Virus record (IMG/VR): IMGVR_UViG_3300045988_154140
Span: 4,555-68,554 of that record
Origin: a virus
Reading direction: 5' to 3' (one strand)
DNA length: 64,000 bases
In this document: positions 12,001 to 17,489 of the stretch, piece by piece
How the letters are laid out: each line of letters begins with the position of its first letter
Numbering within the stretch: position 1 is the stretch's first letter
The notes under the pieces: model-generated
The model's database searches: none
Told to the model about the DNA's origin: nothing
The model's input: only the letters and a program-made list of their open reading frames with translations
Translations under genes and position numbers: made by a program

Positions 12001-13298
12001 GACATCGGCACGTGCTCACTGAAGTTAGCGTCCAGCGTGCTTGATACCGCCATCGCGTCCAGCACTCTCTGCTCGGTTGCGGTCAGATGCTCCTCGGGTG
12101 TCTTGCCTGCCTCCTCGGCCTTGCGGATTCGCTCTGACTTATCTACAAGCTCAGCCAGGTTACGGCTGTCTGCCCAGTCGTTGGCACCGAAGTCCCACGT
12201 GCGTATATCGCGGGTAGCGTCCCACGCGCCACGTGCCACGTTGAAGGCTGTGTTGTTGGAAAAGCCTTCGCGTGTAGCCTGCTTGATGGTGTTTTCTGTG
12301 TCCTCCAGTGCCTGCTCTGCGGCCTTGGCCTTGCCATACTCGGGGTCTGTCCACCTACGTATGTAAGAGGTCACGTTGGGGAACTGGCTCTCAGCGAACT
12401 CCATAAAGCCCGACTTCTCGCCTCGTCTCTCCTCTATGTCCTTCAACGCGTTGGCCACCTCCTCCTTTGCAGCCTCGAGTTGTTCTCTGCCGCCTCCCAG
12501 CTCGTACTCGGCCTTCACATCGCGCCCGCGGTACTTCTTTTCTGCTGCGTCCCGCTGCTGCTGTAGGCGGTCTATGGCCTGCATGATATAGCCTTTGCGT
12601 GTCTCACTCGTCTGGTCGGTACCCTTAATGCGGTCATACTGCTCCCGCATGACGGTCAGCTGCTTGTCTATGCCTGCCAACTCCTCCTGCCGCTTGCGGT
12701 CTATCTCCTCTTGCGCGCGAGCCAGCTTACGCGCTTGCTCCTGCTGATTGTCCAGAGCGGCCTGCTCACGCTCGGCAGAAGCCTGCGAGGTGTACTCGTT
12801 GCCGCTCTGTGTTATGTAGGTTCGCTCCTGCTTGCCTGTCTTGGCATTGAACGTAGGAGCGGTGGCCACGGTACGACCCGACTTGCCAAGTCCAAGCTCT
12901 ACCTTCGGCACGTTAAGCCCGAAGTTGGCCTTCTGCCACTCCTGCGCGTTCTCTGCCTGGTGCAGCACATCGCGCCCGCGTGCTACCGCCAGAGCGTTGT
13001 TCTTAGCCGCTCTTGCGTAGTCATCCGCGTTGGGCTGTGCCGCTCCACCCTGCTCTTCGGCTGGATCCTCCTGCTTGGCTGGCTTCACGGCATGCAAGCC
13101 AAGGTTGGCAGCAAACTCCTCGTAGGTATTGCTCTCTACGGCGTTGTCCTGCTTCAGCGCAGTAAAGAGCGCGAGCCTGTTCTTGTAGCCTTCCTCACCA
13201 GGCGCAAGCATCTTAGCTCGGAAATTCTCTCTACCGCTTGTTACCGCGCCATCACGTTCCAGCGCATCGTATAGTATATCTAACTTATCTTGTGCCAT
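1..13298 (-). CDS. Giant multidomain polyvalent-type protein; N-terminus complete, C-terminus outside the window (at least 4432 codons)
   Basis: ATG at 13298-13296, 2 nt after the upstream stop. My spot translations at 13298, 7475, 7028, 4046, 3227, 1817 and 23 all fall in the same frame (coordinate mod 3 = 2). It is missing from the ORF track only because its stop lies off-window. The plus-strand ORFs here look like antisense shadows. Confidence 0.85.
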   Translation of the reverse strand, partial: MAQDKLDILYDALERDGAVTSGRENFRAKMLAPGEEGYKNRLALFTALKQDNAVESNTYEEFAANLGLHAVKPAKQEDPAEEQGGAAQPNADDYARAAKNNALAVARGRDVLHQAENAQEWQKANFGLNVPKVELGLGKSGRTVATAPTFNAKTGKQERTYITQSGNEYTSQASAEREQAALDNQQEQARKLARAQEEIDRKRQEELAGIDKQLTVMREQYDRIKGTDQTSETRKGYIMQAIDRLQQQRDAAEKKYRGRDVKAEYELGGGREQLEAAKEEVANALKDIEERRGEKSGFMEFAESQFPNVTSYIRRWTDPEYGKAKAAEQALEDTENTIKQATREGFSNNTAFNVARGAWDATRDIRTWDFGANDWADSRNLAELVDKSERIRKAEEAGKTPEEHLTATEQRVLDAMAVSSTLDANFSEHVPMSYRVGQSVPASAGFAASIYINPLNGLGAAVEKQVAANAAKGGVKEVLKGAMKTAGKTVMKNVTGAPTMTAAEQSMQRALTVAAVNKYGKWGVRAMNTAGRVIGDGVEALGTTLTTGLPRTMASINERQTGTFIGRVDDSGRIVYDRVEDRETGAKSYLKGGLASYFENQSELVGEYFSPIKNFANLAAKDMPLARSMVERFIASSPKQKASLLAEFRKKAHISGLFGEYAEEVINNLENAVFTGDMNLTGGVFEPKREDYKSEEDYNKAVNDWKGSMFNAETNLETFLSVAAMIMPMAAIEQGQKRYNSYTVKRQLNTSADALRKSLGEETAVPLMTRMREAESIKDICDVYMSVLKDGGLKDSEQARALMDYAGKLVAYQSVNTSDMSGEISANRVQRGYKSAFDAGHEMAVDERHNAAVEFDNAAATATEMLGKDFVMAVRDMDLPQFQEILKTLNWEQKKAATDVYLSSVRLSGIMAGAHDRVDEEADKYGNTLNLMSDEEGNAWRGSNLGENEYVVPSSLSDEGNTLVVRDMGTGALRMIPREEAGELTAVNASEETEARRKQLWEQAKDEVRWNLNHHNKTVQPAVGETVSISMRKSDDEDNETQRFLIVKEDEEGNFYLLPTRMNEAGEEEAISGTPFKATADELLSSQDYVYEQEDAAQRDAERSAVEETTEGGATEETPTDGSSVVIEGTPATEEDAPADTAVPTRSEVAAQLDATEEGRSARAMVDGWVRDENDAETIHEWIDLVDESEWDAKTKQLLHDYVDSKDAPDEEGPTGGSSAVVEGEAAPVVEGEAAPAVESKATPKIPLDKDGAPQYDKAPVQATVEDLYDGTLDDKEVGEFIEAQIAEADKNVKKLEKRKPKVGTDKAKYLASKKKWEDELEDARHKAQYWNDVKAEVERITTPADAQGWEGELNDDNARTAYRAQRKAENGIPTQQEFIADFMASAKIAPESFRKETGGGTLEQKQWAGRIAKEGDSIERLSEKLVDLDNTENGGRFFGGDSAAARDAIIDFLKSGRDKTDQEQEFVEQYNAQRDAYYNERYGMSYEDYIAYTEQEMPEMLRRYSNFDEQEFTKLYADEIEEDLRRREEQAKQQSNGTEGNDSAGEEQSDGGSHQVQPGERTDDTRGGEERADTRAEEDAGDEGAGKPEAAQENAGGAQSATGSGSSQEEIAGEGTLNREEAITLIAQMEERAEVAPQIELTIENWDALFDEGTQIPTPVGDVKMGENQFAKLMRQGRNGKLGMLKPTLENPDFIVEDKSEAKEGDITERGSSYVFVKTFHKADGSRYYYFTSVTVRKDGREVVISNQEKRKSKILDLLLNGKLVWKRADDVSTASDVADGLYSSQGNKSDLATEGTDAPQTNNSNQEDYEPSEPTQSSTAEDVSKPQNPQQGGEETINAETPTTSSEGKGKEKASTEQGNDEKSVGNQIEAASAEVNTEPTEAQKEAGNYKKGHVQVGTFDITIEQPQGSVRRGTDADGKQWESKMNNTYGYIRGTVGVDGDHIDVFLSNDIDGWDGRKVFVVDQYNPDGSFDEHKVMLGFNDADEAKSDYLANYEQGWENGRRIDVSAVNLEDFEKWIESSTRKTKPFGEYSSVKKDVVEINAPADEDTTSEIQTLLRERGCTPISQEHRNLTDEGVVADNAGNPITLYHGTLDKSISVSELEAGHKRADGESADFAGSGVYFTPNKDVAEEYGYNGQVFEAHVKLSKPFYMLGNPGFNESEAVQFSNLLKSKGYDGIINYMNAWSVEHNMIDGGEVVVFNNSSILPIEKGQKEEIESHLVENNPDFIKANDHARDVEQKWEEKIQDYLFEHYPTQATLSAETTSEKGQKEREAMKADPVLKELREKANAEYEEADKAVEAAYKKAAKAAKDTRPQKTEEVIKGTKWEATPAPEKYKTGASKHADSHATEWKIGKIRYGSTKAETGQIELAVKMYSGYIGAWNAYEQGKILLAPNEAAIIKEIIRTEEAAGQKPHARLQKADEYSEFAAEYGLDGMWLSRYAEGMRERNSAAAAMALHDLKAIYLREHIAEKKALMERDRVSGLLANKRLFEPVEQAIKAKYGDVDVLIEERRKQAEIERGMMEAARKKAEEEEAKRQQHLEELSLLTEDEIDERYADALAKGDEATAREMLDEAARRKGYGDVESDYQGVGAWGAPSKPDYETDEARRNAVGEDSPDLNVEDMAAGYSNQPEDIFKHPDKYSQGLPTSKESGKAIQTAIDDIRNGKKDVRIKVYRAVPTTVKEGKLRNGDWVTPSRRYAELHGDNRLEGKYRIIEDEVPAGDLWWDSNDVNEWGYDNGKSYRYKNVKNNRKQNDLVTRDDKGNIIPPSKRFNSRKADERYQRGKDAAPVTKEEAILRDAVIDRMRENGMDVITNEEEGQRVMDEANGKVRTQMGDAPESFAERQKQAVENRGIVMPGLNDMSVKVLDGIPRHSYTGNIAEATKQAIQKAKEKYAPDGKAKVLHYDNNGTEFDYTISGNAIEICLSPKHQAKSGNKGAHLALAEHLDEVINHSVEVEEHPDYIKGKDGKRGARINPIALMHRFYGAVVIDGVPCRVMTLMREEKSAATDNGIHSYEVQKIEVLDNELPSTPNGVGSQNQLRLDSSYPLAKLLKGVEKSYDKGKKLLEESEKSSAGIRENRVWHGSGAEFEAFDHSHIGEGQGSQSFGWGTYVTSSKAIGRTYAEDANNKLFRSKFGNYYLQKLREALNNGRSFESEKQRLLDSHSEMYNKAKEKGSGYNDFIHDYEKLGELKENDLPSRHLYTVEITDDNGKNYLDWDSRVGARVLNKVNRQLEQQGKRPINPELDKRYKFLDGNDLYRALSIRMPNDDATFNDDKAASEFLYSLGFVGIRYKAGRNFGGAKEGDTNYVIFNEKDAKITDHVRFFRTADGEAYGFTVDGKIYIDPKIANSETPVHEYAHLWASALRQSNAKEWANVVGLMKDTAVWEEVKKHYPELKTDDEIADEVLATYSGRRGAERLRKEMEEATKNGSIFDKAEAMSAMQKIRQALDTFWKSVADFLHIHYTTAEEVADRVMKDLLDGVDPRMMNDGESLERVNEKFNEQLAKFTEDNSDKINFNLGSPSAKLLSAGVADKPIRLHGSKVAKKMKKHGFSIEELHDLPKAVANPIAVFDNLGKEGNRSVLTELKTANGNFLVAIDLGKGTEADFDIVSSVFGKKGHSVAAWINKGYMRFVDKKKALNYLHLSAPIAEASDNAELSSAAKVIQDFENPKVSDEKVSEDDLYRVVDDEEKQQAYKGAAYMDDAAIEALNSEYRGEWLKREGEGQATDEEVSLANDPVSKMIGKSRYSAGQQVEYAENMRERMTTHAQELAEKLHLSNVEIVADGSGFTGKRQKAKGFYNKTTGKITVVIGNHTSMADVEKTILHEAVAHHGLRQLFGEHFDQFLDNVYESCDYKIRQKIDALMEEKGYDQRTATEEYLASLAEDMNYETTDPTFWTAIKEAFLDMLHTLGFDYAGPVLTDNELRYILWRSYKNLEEPGSFRSILGTAEDLKMQETLGVGQYETEGKESAAAEDLFREDDISRALNNDSEGAGWSRETMQRAWDDVMSKASFLAKEGYFDYLASVDEFQKLVERATGEKVSDMQNAYKAMLQLSSRNANEMKLFDSAFARPLQRAVYRLIGAVKDFKKGKGLELSWYLISKHGIERNRDMAIRAAMKEKANESYAEQIHEATAELKEERTQLLAELTRIAAGEESTLGTEAAIKARVKQIEAEIDSIKKHPNKHGLKTEAEFYEDELDNWYRTASFIKEYAEENGWTWRETQEELTRRAADFGADVTEDYSGLSALVEEKEDFTEAAYRRVENYENTHYTDDLWEAIRAMSGYSLEKQRSSGLTTKKYVDDQLRRYDFFVPLRGWADPTAEEMYDYLDGQRSELGNPVKTAKGRKSEADNPLGGLLSVAYRSIASGNKNMALQHFYNLVSAHNTNGLAVIDSMWVENRGTEDAPDWVLATPELTDPMTGGREMSAEEVQ
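9592..9639 (-). repeat. Tandem 24-bp in-frame repeat x2 inside the giant ORF (VVEGEAAP / AVEGEAAP)
   Basis: 9592-9615 and 9616-9639 are 22/24 identical; they lie in an acidic linker. Confidence 0.8.
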
Positions 13299-13300
13299 AT

Positions 13301-14449
13301 TTATAAACCAAGTGCTCTTGTATGTGACATATTATTGTTCGGCTTCTTCCCTGTCTTGGCCTTCTTCTTGGCCTCTTCTGCGGCTTTGCGTTCCTCCTTC
13401 TTCTTCCGCGTAAGTTCTGCAAGCTTCTGCTCTCCCGATTTACCGCGCTCTATCTTGGTAGTGCTCTTGCCGCCGAACTCGTTAACGTGTTCGGTCTCTC
13501 TTGTGCGGCTATCGTCCCCCATCTCAAGCCCCATTTGGTGTATCGCCTCATTCGGGGTGATATACAATCTCTCTAATTCGCCAGTAAGGGAATTGGCGAC
13601 GTCGTAAGGAACCCTGTATGCCCCACTACCACCGCTGCCAACGTGTCTTGCGCGTTGGTTATTCAGCCCTATCTGCGAGTCCATGAGCTGAAGCTTCTTC
13701 TGAGCAAGCGCCACGATGTTATCTGCTTCCTGCTCCAGCTTCTTTCTTGTGGCTTCGTCCTTTGCGGAAGCGGCCTGCATCGTCTTAATCTTGGCATCGG
13801 TAAGCATGTCTTGTATCTCCCAACGCTTATCCTCGGCGTTTACCTTACGCACCAAGTCCGCTCTCTTCAGACCAAGCTCCTCTCCCTTCTGCTGGAGCGC
13901 ACGGCCTTGCAGCAGGTTGTTAAGGTAAGCCTGCCTGCTCTTCTCCACCTGTGTGCGGAATGCCTGCACGTCCTTGTTAGCGTCTGGCAGGTCGGGTAGC
14001 TTCTGGCTTGGAGCCACACCGCCTGTAAAGGCAAGGTTGCTGAACGCGCTGAGCACGTTGCCCAGCGCGCCCACGCTCTGAGCGGCAGCAGCCCCGCGCT
14101 CTCTGCGCTTCTGCTCCTCCTCGGTCATCGGTGCAGAGGTGTACTGCTTGACCAACTCGGAGAAGTTGTCGTAGTCACTGACTGGCGGTATATCCAGGGA
14201 TGGCTTTTCCTCCTCCACAACGGGCGCTTCCGCTCTCTGCTCTTTCGGTGTCCACGGGGTCTGCGGTGTATAGTCTGCCGTTTTTCTCTGCAAGGCAGCT
14301 GGCACCTCATCCTTCACGGCAGGAGCATGGGCGGTCACAGCAGGGGCAGGAGTCGGGGTAGTAGCTACCGCTGGCTTAGGTGGGTAAGTCACACTCTTCT
14401 TCTCGTCATCGTCGAGAAAAGAATACATGTCTGATTCTGTTCTCTTCAT
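13301..14449 (-). CDS. Hypothetical 382-aa protein, Pro/Ala-rich N-part and charged coiled-coil-like C-part
   Basis: ORF track; ATG at 14449; its stop is 2 nt before the giant-ORF ATG. Confidence 0.65.
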   Translation of the reverse strand: MKRTESDMYSFLDDDEKKSVTYPPKPAVATTPTPAPAVTAHAPAVKDEVPAALQRKTADYTPQTPWTPKEQRAEAPVVEEEKPSLDIPPVSDYDNFSELVKQYTSAPMTEEEQKRRERGAAAAQSVGALGNVLSAFSNLAFTGGVAPSQKLPDLPDANKDVQAFRTQVEKSRQAYLNNLLQGRALQQKGEELGLKRADLVRKVNAEDKRWEIQDMLTDAKIKTMQAASAKDEATRKKLEQEADNIVALAQKKLQLMDSQIGLNNQRARHVGSGGSGAYRVPYDVANSLTGELERLYITPNEAIHQMGLEMGDDSRTRETEHVNEFGGKSTTKIERGKSGEQKLAELTRKKKEERKAAEEAKKKAKTGKKPNNNMSHTRALGL

Positions 14450-14451
14450 AT

Positions 14452-15063
14452 CTACTTCTTCTTAAACAGCCCCTCAAAGAGACCTTTACCGTTATTAAGT
14501 TTAGCCTGCATGTCTGCGCCCACTACGCCCATGCCTGCCTGCATGCCCGCAGAGGCGGCTGTCTGTGCGTTCTGTGCGGCCTGTGCGTAGTACTGCATAT
14601 TACGCGCTGCGTTGGCGCTTATATTTTGTTGGTTCTGCTTATCCACAGCGTCCTTGTAGGCTCCTGCCTGCGAGGCTATCTGTGCTGTAGCGTCAGCAAG
14701 CCCCGCATTAGCGGACTCCTGTGCCGCCATCACGCTCTCGTCTGTACCGCCAGACACGGCTTGCCTGGCGCGGGCGCTGTTAATCTGCCTCTCTGCGGCC
14801 TCACGTGAGCTGTTGAGGAGGCGCTGCACATCAGCGCGCTGTGTGTAGTCCTCGTTCATGCGCTGGTTGTACCAGTCGTTCTGCTTCTTGTTTAGGTCGG
14901 CCATCTCCTTCCTGTACTTCTTCTCGGCTTTGTGGGCTTTAATGCCTCCATAGATGCTTGAACCTATCGAGGTGGCCGCGCCTAATATTGCTCCTATCAT
15001 TGCAACGATTATTAAAAAGTTATGCCCACAAAGATAATCTCCGCGGGCATTCTCTCTTGACAA
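14452..15063 (-). CDS. Hypothetical membrane-anchored Q/A-rich protein (203 aa from TTG 15063; 182 aa if ATG 15000 is used)
   Basis: ORF track; N-terminal hydrophobic stretch FLIIVAMIGAILGAATSIGSSIYGG; 2-nt spacing to the next gene. Confidence 0.6.
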   Translation of the reverse strand: MSRENARGDYLCGHNFLIIVAMIGAILGAATSIGSSIYGGIKAHKAEKKYRKEMADLNKKQNDWYNQRMNEDYTQRADVQRLLNSSREAAERQINSARARQAVSGGTDESVMAAQESANAGLADATAQIASQAGAYKDAVDKQNQQNISANAARNMQYYAQAAQNAQTAASAGMQAGMGVVGADMQAKLNNGKGLFEGLFKKK

Positions 15064-15071
15064 TTTATCAT

Positions 15072-16433
15072 CTACCTGTACGTCTGTACCAAGCGCTTGA
15101 GTGCGCCCATGAGCGCGTTCTGCTCGTTGGCCTTGCTCTGTATGGCCTGCCAGGCTCTCTCATCCACAGTGTCGGAACACAGCAGATGATAGACTTGCAC
15201 GGGGTACTTCTGACCTTGCCTGTGCAGTCTCGCGCAGGCCTGCTGGTACAACTCAAGGTTGAACCCCACACCGAACCACACGATGACGTGTCCTCCTGCC
15301 TGCATGTTAAGGCCGTAGGCGCATGAGGCGGGATGGGCAAGCAGCACCTCCACCTCTCCCTTGTTCCATGCGCGCAAGTCCTGCTCGTTCTCGTAGGCTC
15401 TCAGCTTGTAGTCCTTGCCGAGCGCGTCCTTGATACGTGCAAGGTCGTGCTTGTACTGGTAGAAGACGAGCACAGGAGACCCTGCGGCCTCTACTATCTC
15501 TCTGAGGGCTTCTATCTTCTCCTGATGTATCTCCTCCACCATGTGTTCGTCTGTATAGACAGCGCCGTTGGCATACTGAAGCAGCTTACCCATGAGGGCT
15601 GCGGCACTCGCGGCAGTGATAGCCTCTGTGTCGCTTATGCTCATCACCATCTCACGCTCGAACTTGCGGTAGCGGCTCAGTATGCTGGCGGGCAGATGCA
15701 CTCTCTTCACGATGTCCTGCCTCTCTGGCAGTGTCAGATAGTCTCCTGCCTGCATGGTGAGGCAGATGTCGGACAGCAGCGCGTCTATCTGTTCCTTGGA
15801 TCCTTCCTTCAGCGTTGCCCTAAGCAGATAGCCCTGCGGACTTGTTGTCACGTTGAAGTAATTGCTCCTGTAGCGTGTCACGAACTTGCCAAGGCGCTGG
15901 CCTCCGTCTATGCAGAACACCTCTGCCCAGAGGTCAAGGTAGCCGTTAGGGGCTGGCGTGCCTGTAAGCCCTATGATATGGCTGAACTGGCTACGCACAA
16001 GCCGCATCGCCTTGAAGCGCTGGCTTGTGTTGCTCTTGAAGCTTGTCAACTCGTCTATGATGAGCATGTCAAACGGCATGCTGGCGTTGTAGTACTTGAC
16101 CAGCCACACCCAGGAGTCGCGGCCAAGCACGTAGAGGTCGGCATCCTGCTCCAGAGCCTTTATGCGCTGCTTCTCTGTGCCTATGACGCGGCTCACGCGC
16201 AGACCCGACAGATGCTCCCATTTCTCTACCTCGTCTGACCATGTGGATTCTGCCACCTTACGTGGGGCGATGACAAGCGCCTTGCTGACCTCCATGTCTG
16301 CAAGCATCCTGCCCAAGGCAGTAAGCGTTATAAGGCTCTTGCCCAAGCCCATCTCAAGCAGAAGCGCGCAGCGCGGCGTGTCTTCCACAAACCGAACCGC
16401 GCGCTTCTGGTAATCATGCAGGACTGCTTTCAT
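15072..16433 (-). CDS. SNF2-family helicase
   Basis: Motifs GLGKSL (I), IIDELTSFK (II), LTGTPAPNG (III), QQACARLHRQGQ (VI). Confidence 0.9.
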   Translation of the reverse strand: MKAVLHDYQKRAVRFVEDTPRCALLLEMGLGKSLITLTALGRMLADMEVSKALVIAPRKVAESTWSDEVEKWEHLSGLRVSRVIGTEKQRIKALEQDADLYVLGRDSWVWLVKYYNASMPFDMLIIDELTSFKSNTSQRFKAMRLVRSQFSHIIGLTGTPAPNGYLDLWAEVFCIDGGQRLGKFVTRYRSNYFNVTTSPQGYLLRATLKEGSKEQIDALLSDICLTMQAGDYLTLPERQDIVKRVHLPASILSRYRKFEREMVMSISDTEAITAASAAALMGKLLQYANGAVYTDEHMVEEIHQEKIEALREIVEAAGSPVLVFYQYKHDLARIKDALGKDYKLRAYENEQDLRAWNKGEVEVLLAHPASCAYGLNMQAGGHVIVWFGVGFNLELYQQACARLHRQGQKYPVQVYHLLCSDTVDERAWQAIQSKANEQNALMGALKRLVQTYR

Positions 16434-16645
16434 CTCTCCGTCAACTTAGCGTTGAAGAGGATGCTGCGTGAGGCTTCCATCAGCTCGTCACGCTTGCGGA
16501 AGTAGTCTCGCGCGTTAGCGCGTACCTCTTCCTTACTCGCTCCCGAGCGTATGCTGCCAGTGTAGCACAGATGAGCGTCTATCATATCCATTGCCATCTT
16601 GGCAAGCTCCTCCCTACTCTTCAGATTGTTCTCCTGATACTCCAT
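16430..16645 (-). CDS. Hypothetical 71-aa protein
   Basis: ORF track; ATG at 16645; 4-nt overlap with the SNF2 start. Confidence 0.5.
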   Translation of the reverse strand: MEYQENNLKSREELAKMAMDMIDAHLCYTGSIRSGASKEEVRANARDYFRKRDELMEASRSILFNAKLTER

Positions 16646-17084
16646 CTTTATTTACCTTTTGTTTGCGTTTTCGTTTTCTCAGACTTTCGCGTAGATGGGC
16701 AACTCGCTTTTCTTCTATTTCCTTGCTGAGCACTCTGCCCTTCTTGTAGCCGTGTGTCGGTACGTGTCCGCTCTTATAACAGCCAGGGTTTAGTCCCCTC
16801 CTCGTGCAGCTGTAAGCTATCCTCCTACACTCCTCTCTGTTCTTTGCCAGCCATTGCGGGTTCTTCTTTATACCCAGTTCCTTTGCCTTGCGTTCCAGCG
16901 TGCGCTTACACATCTGTAGCATGCCAGCCAGTTCCTCGCTGTGCATGATGGGGAACCTAGCTCTCAGTTCCCGCAACATGTTCTCTGTCCACAGCAGGCG
17001 CTTGGACTTGCCGTTGTGCTCCCAGCATCGGCCTGTGGCGAAGTCGTAGAAGATGCCGTCTTCCTTCTTTCTATTCTTGCTCAT
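16614..17084 (-). CDS. Putative DNA-binding protein (HTH-like segment, basic tail)
   Basis: HSEELAGMLQMCKRTLERKAKELGIKK resembles an HTH; lysine/arginine-rich C-terminus. Confidence 0.55.
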   Translation of the reverse strand: MSKNRKKEDGIFYDFATGRCWEHNGKSKRLLWTENMLRELRARFPIMHSEELAGMLQMCKRTLERKAKELGIKKNPQWLAKNREECRRIAYSCTRRGLNPGCYKSGHVPTHGYKKGRVLSKEIEEKRVAHLRESLRKRKRKQKVNKDGVSGEQSEE

Positions 17085-17274
17085 CTTCCTCCTCCTCGTT
17101 AGGCTTGCAACAATCTGGGCAGTACCAATACTCTCCTTGCTTCTCCCAGCCTGACTCGCGTGCTACGAACTCAGCCGACTCCATATCTGTCCAGCCTGTT
17201 ATGCTGTCATCTTCTGTGAGTCGTGTCCCGCAGCAATCGCAGAACACCGCAAACATCTTTTCTTCTTTAATCAT
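17071..17274 (-). CDS. Small zinc-ribbon protein (CxxC ... CxxC), acidic tail
   Basis: CDCCG ... GW ... YCPDCC; paralogous architecture to the next gene. Confidence 0.55.
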   Translation of the reverse strand: MIKEEKMFAVFCDCCGTRLTEDDSITGWTDMESAEFVARESGWEKQGEYWYCPDCCKPNEEEEDEQE

Positions 17275-17486
17275 GTTTTTTGGCTGTTATTGTCATACTT
17301 CAACTTGCATTGCTCGCAGTAATGCTTGCCATTTCTTACCTTCCAGCCGAGTAGCCGTAGGTGGCGTTCTATGTCTTCCTTGCTGTCCATCGTTGCAATG
17401 AAAGACTCGTGTAGTATGCACAGGCATCCATCACAGTAAACATGTGTGTTTGGGTAGCCATCGCGGTGGTGTATAAAGTTAATCAT
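17271..17486 (-). CDS. Small zinc-ribbon protein (CxxC ... CxxC)
   Basis: CDGC ... GW ... YCEQC; 4-nt overlap with the downstream paralogue. Confidence 0.55.
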   Translation of the reverse strand: MINFIHHRDGYPNTHVYCDGCLCILHESFIATMDSKEDIERHLRLLGWKVRNGKHYCEQCKLKYDNNSQKT

Positions 17487-17489
17487 ATT

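Noticed and set aside
144-13274. About 60 plus-strand ORFs from the six-frame track (for example 1134-2336, 8766-10514, 10554-11390), and short minus-strand ones in other frames.
   Set aside because: They overlap the continuous minus-strand giant ORF. Their compositions are Leu/Ser/Arg/Cys/His-rich and lack any motif, which is typical of antisense or off-frame shadows of a GC-rich codon-biased gene.
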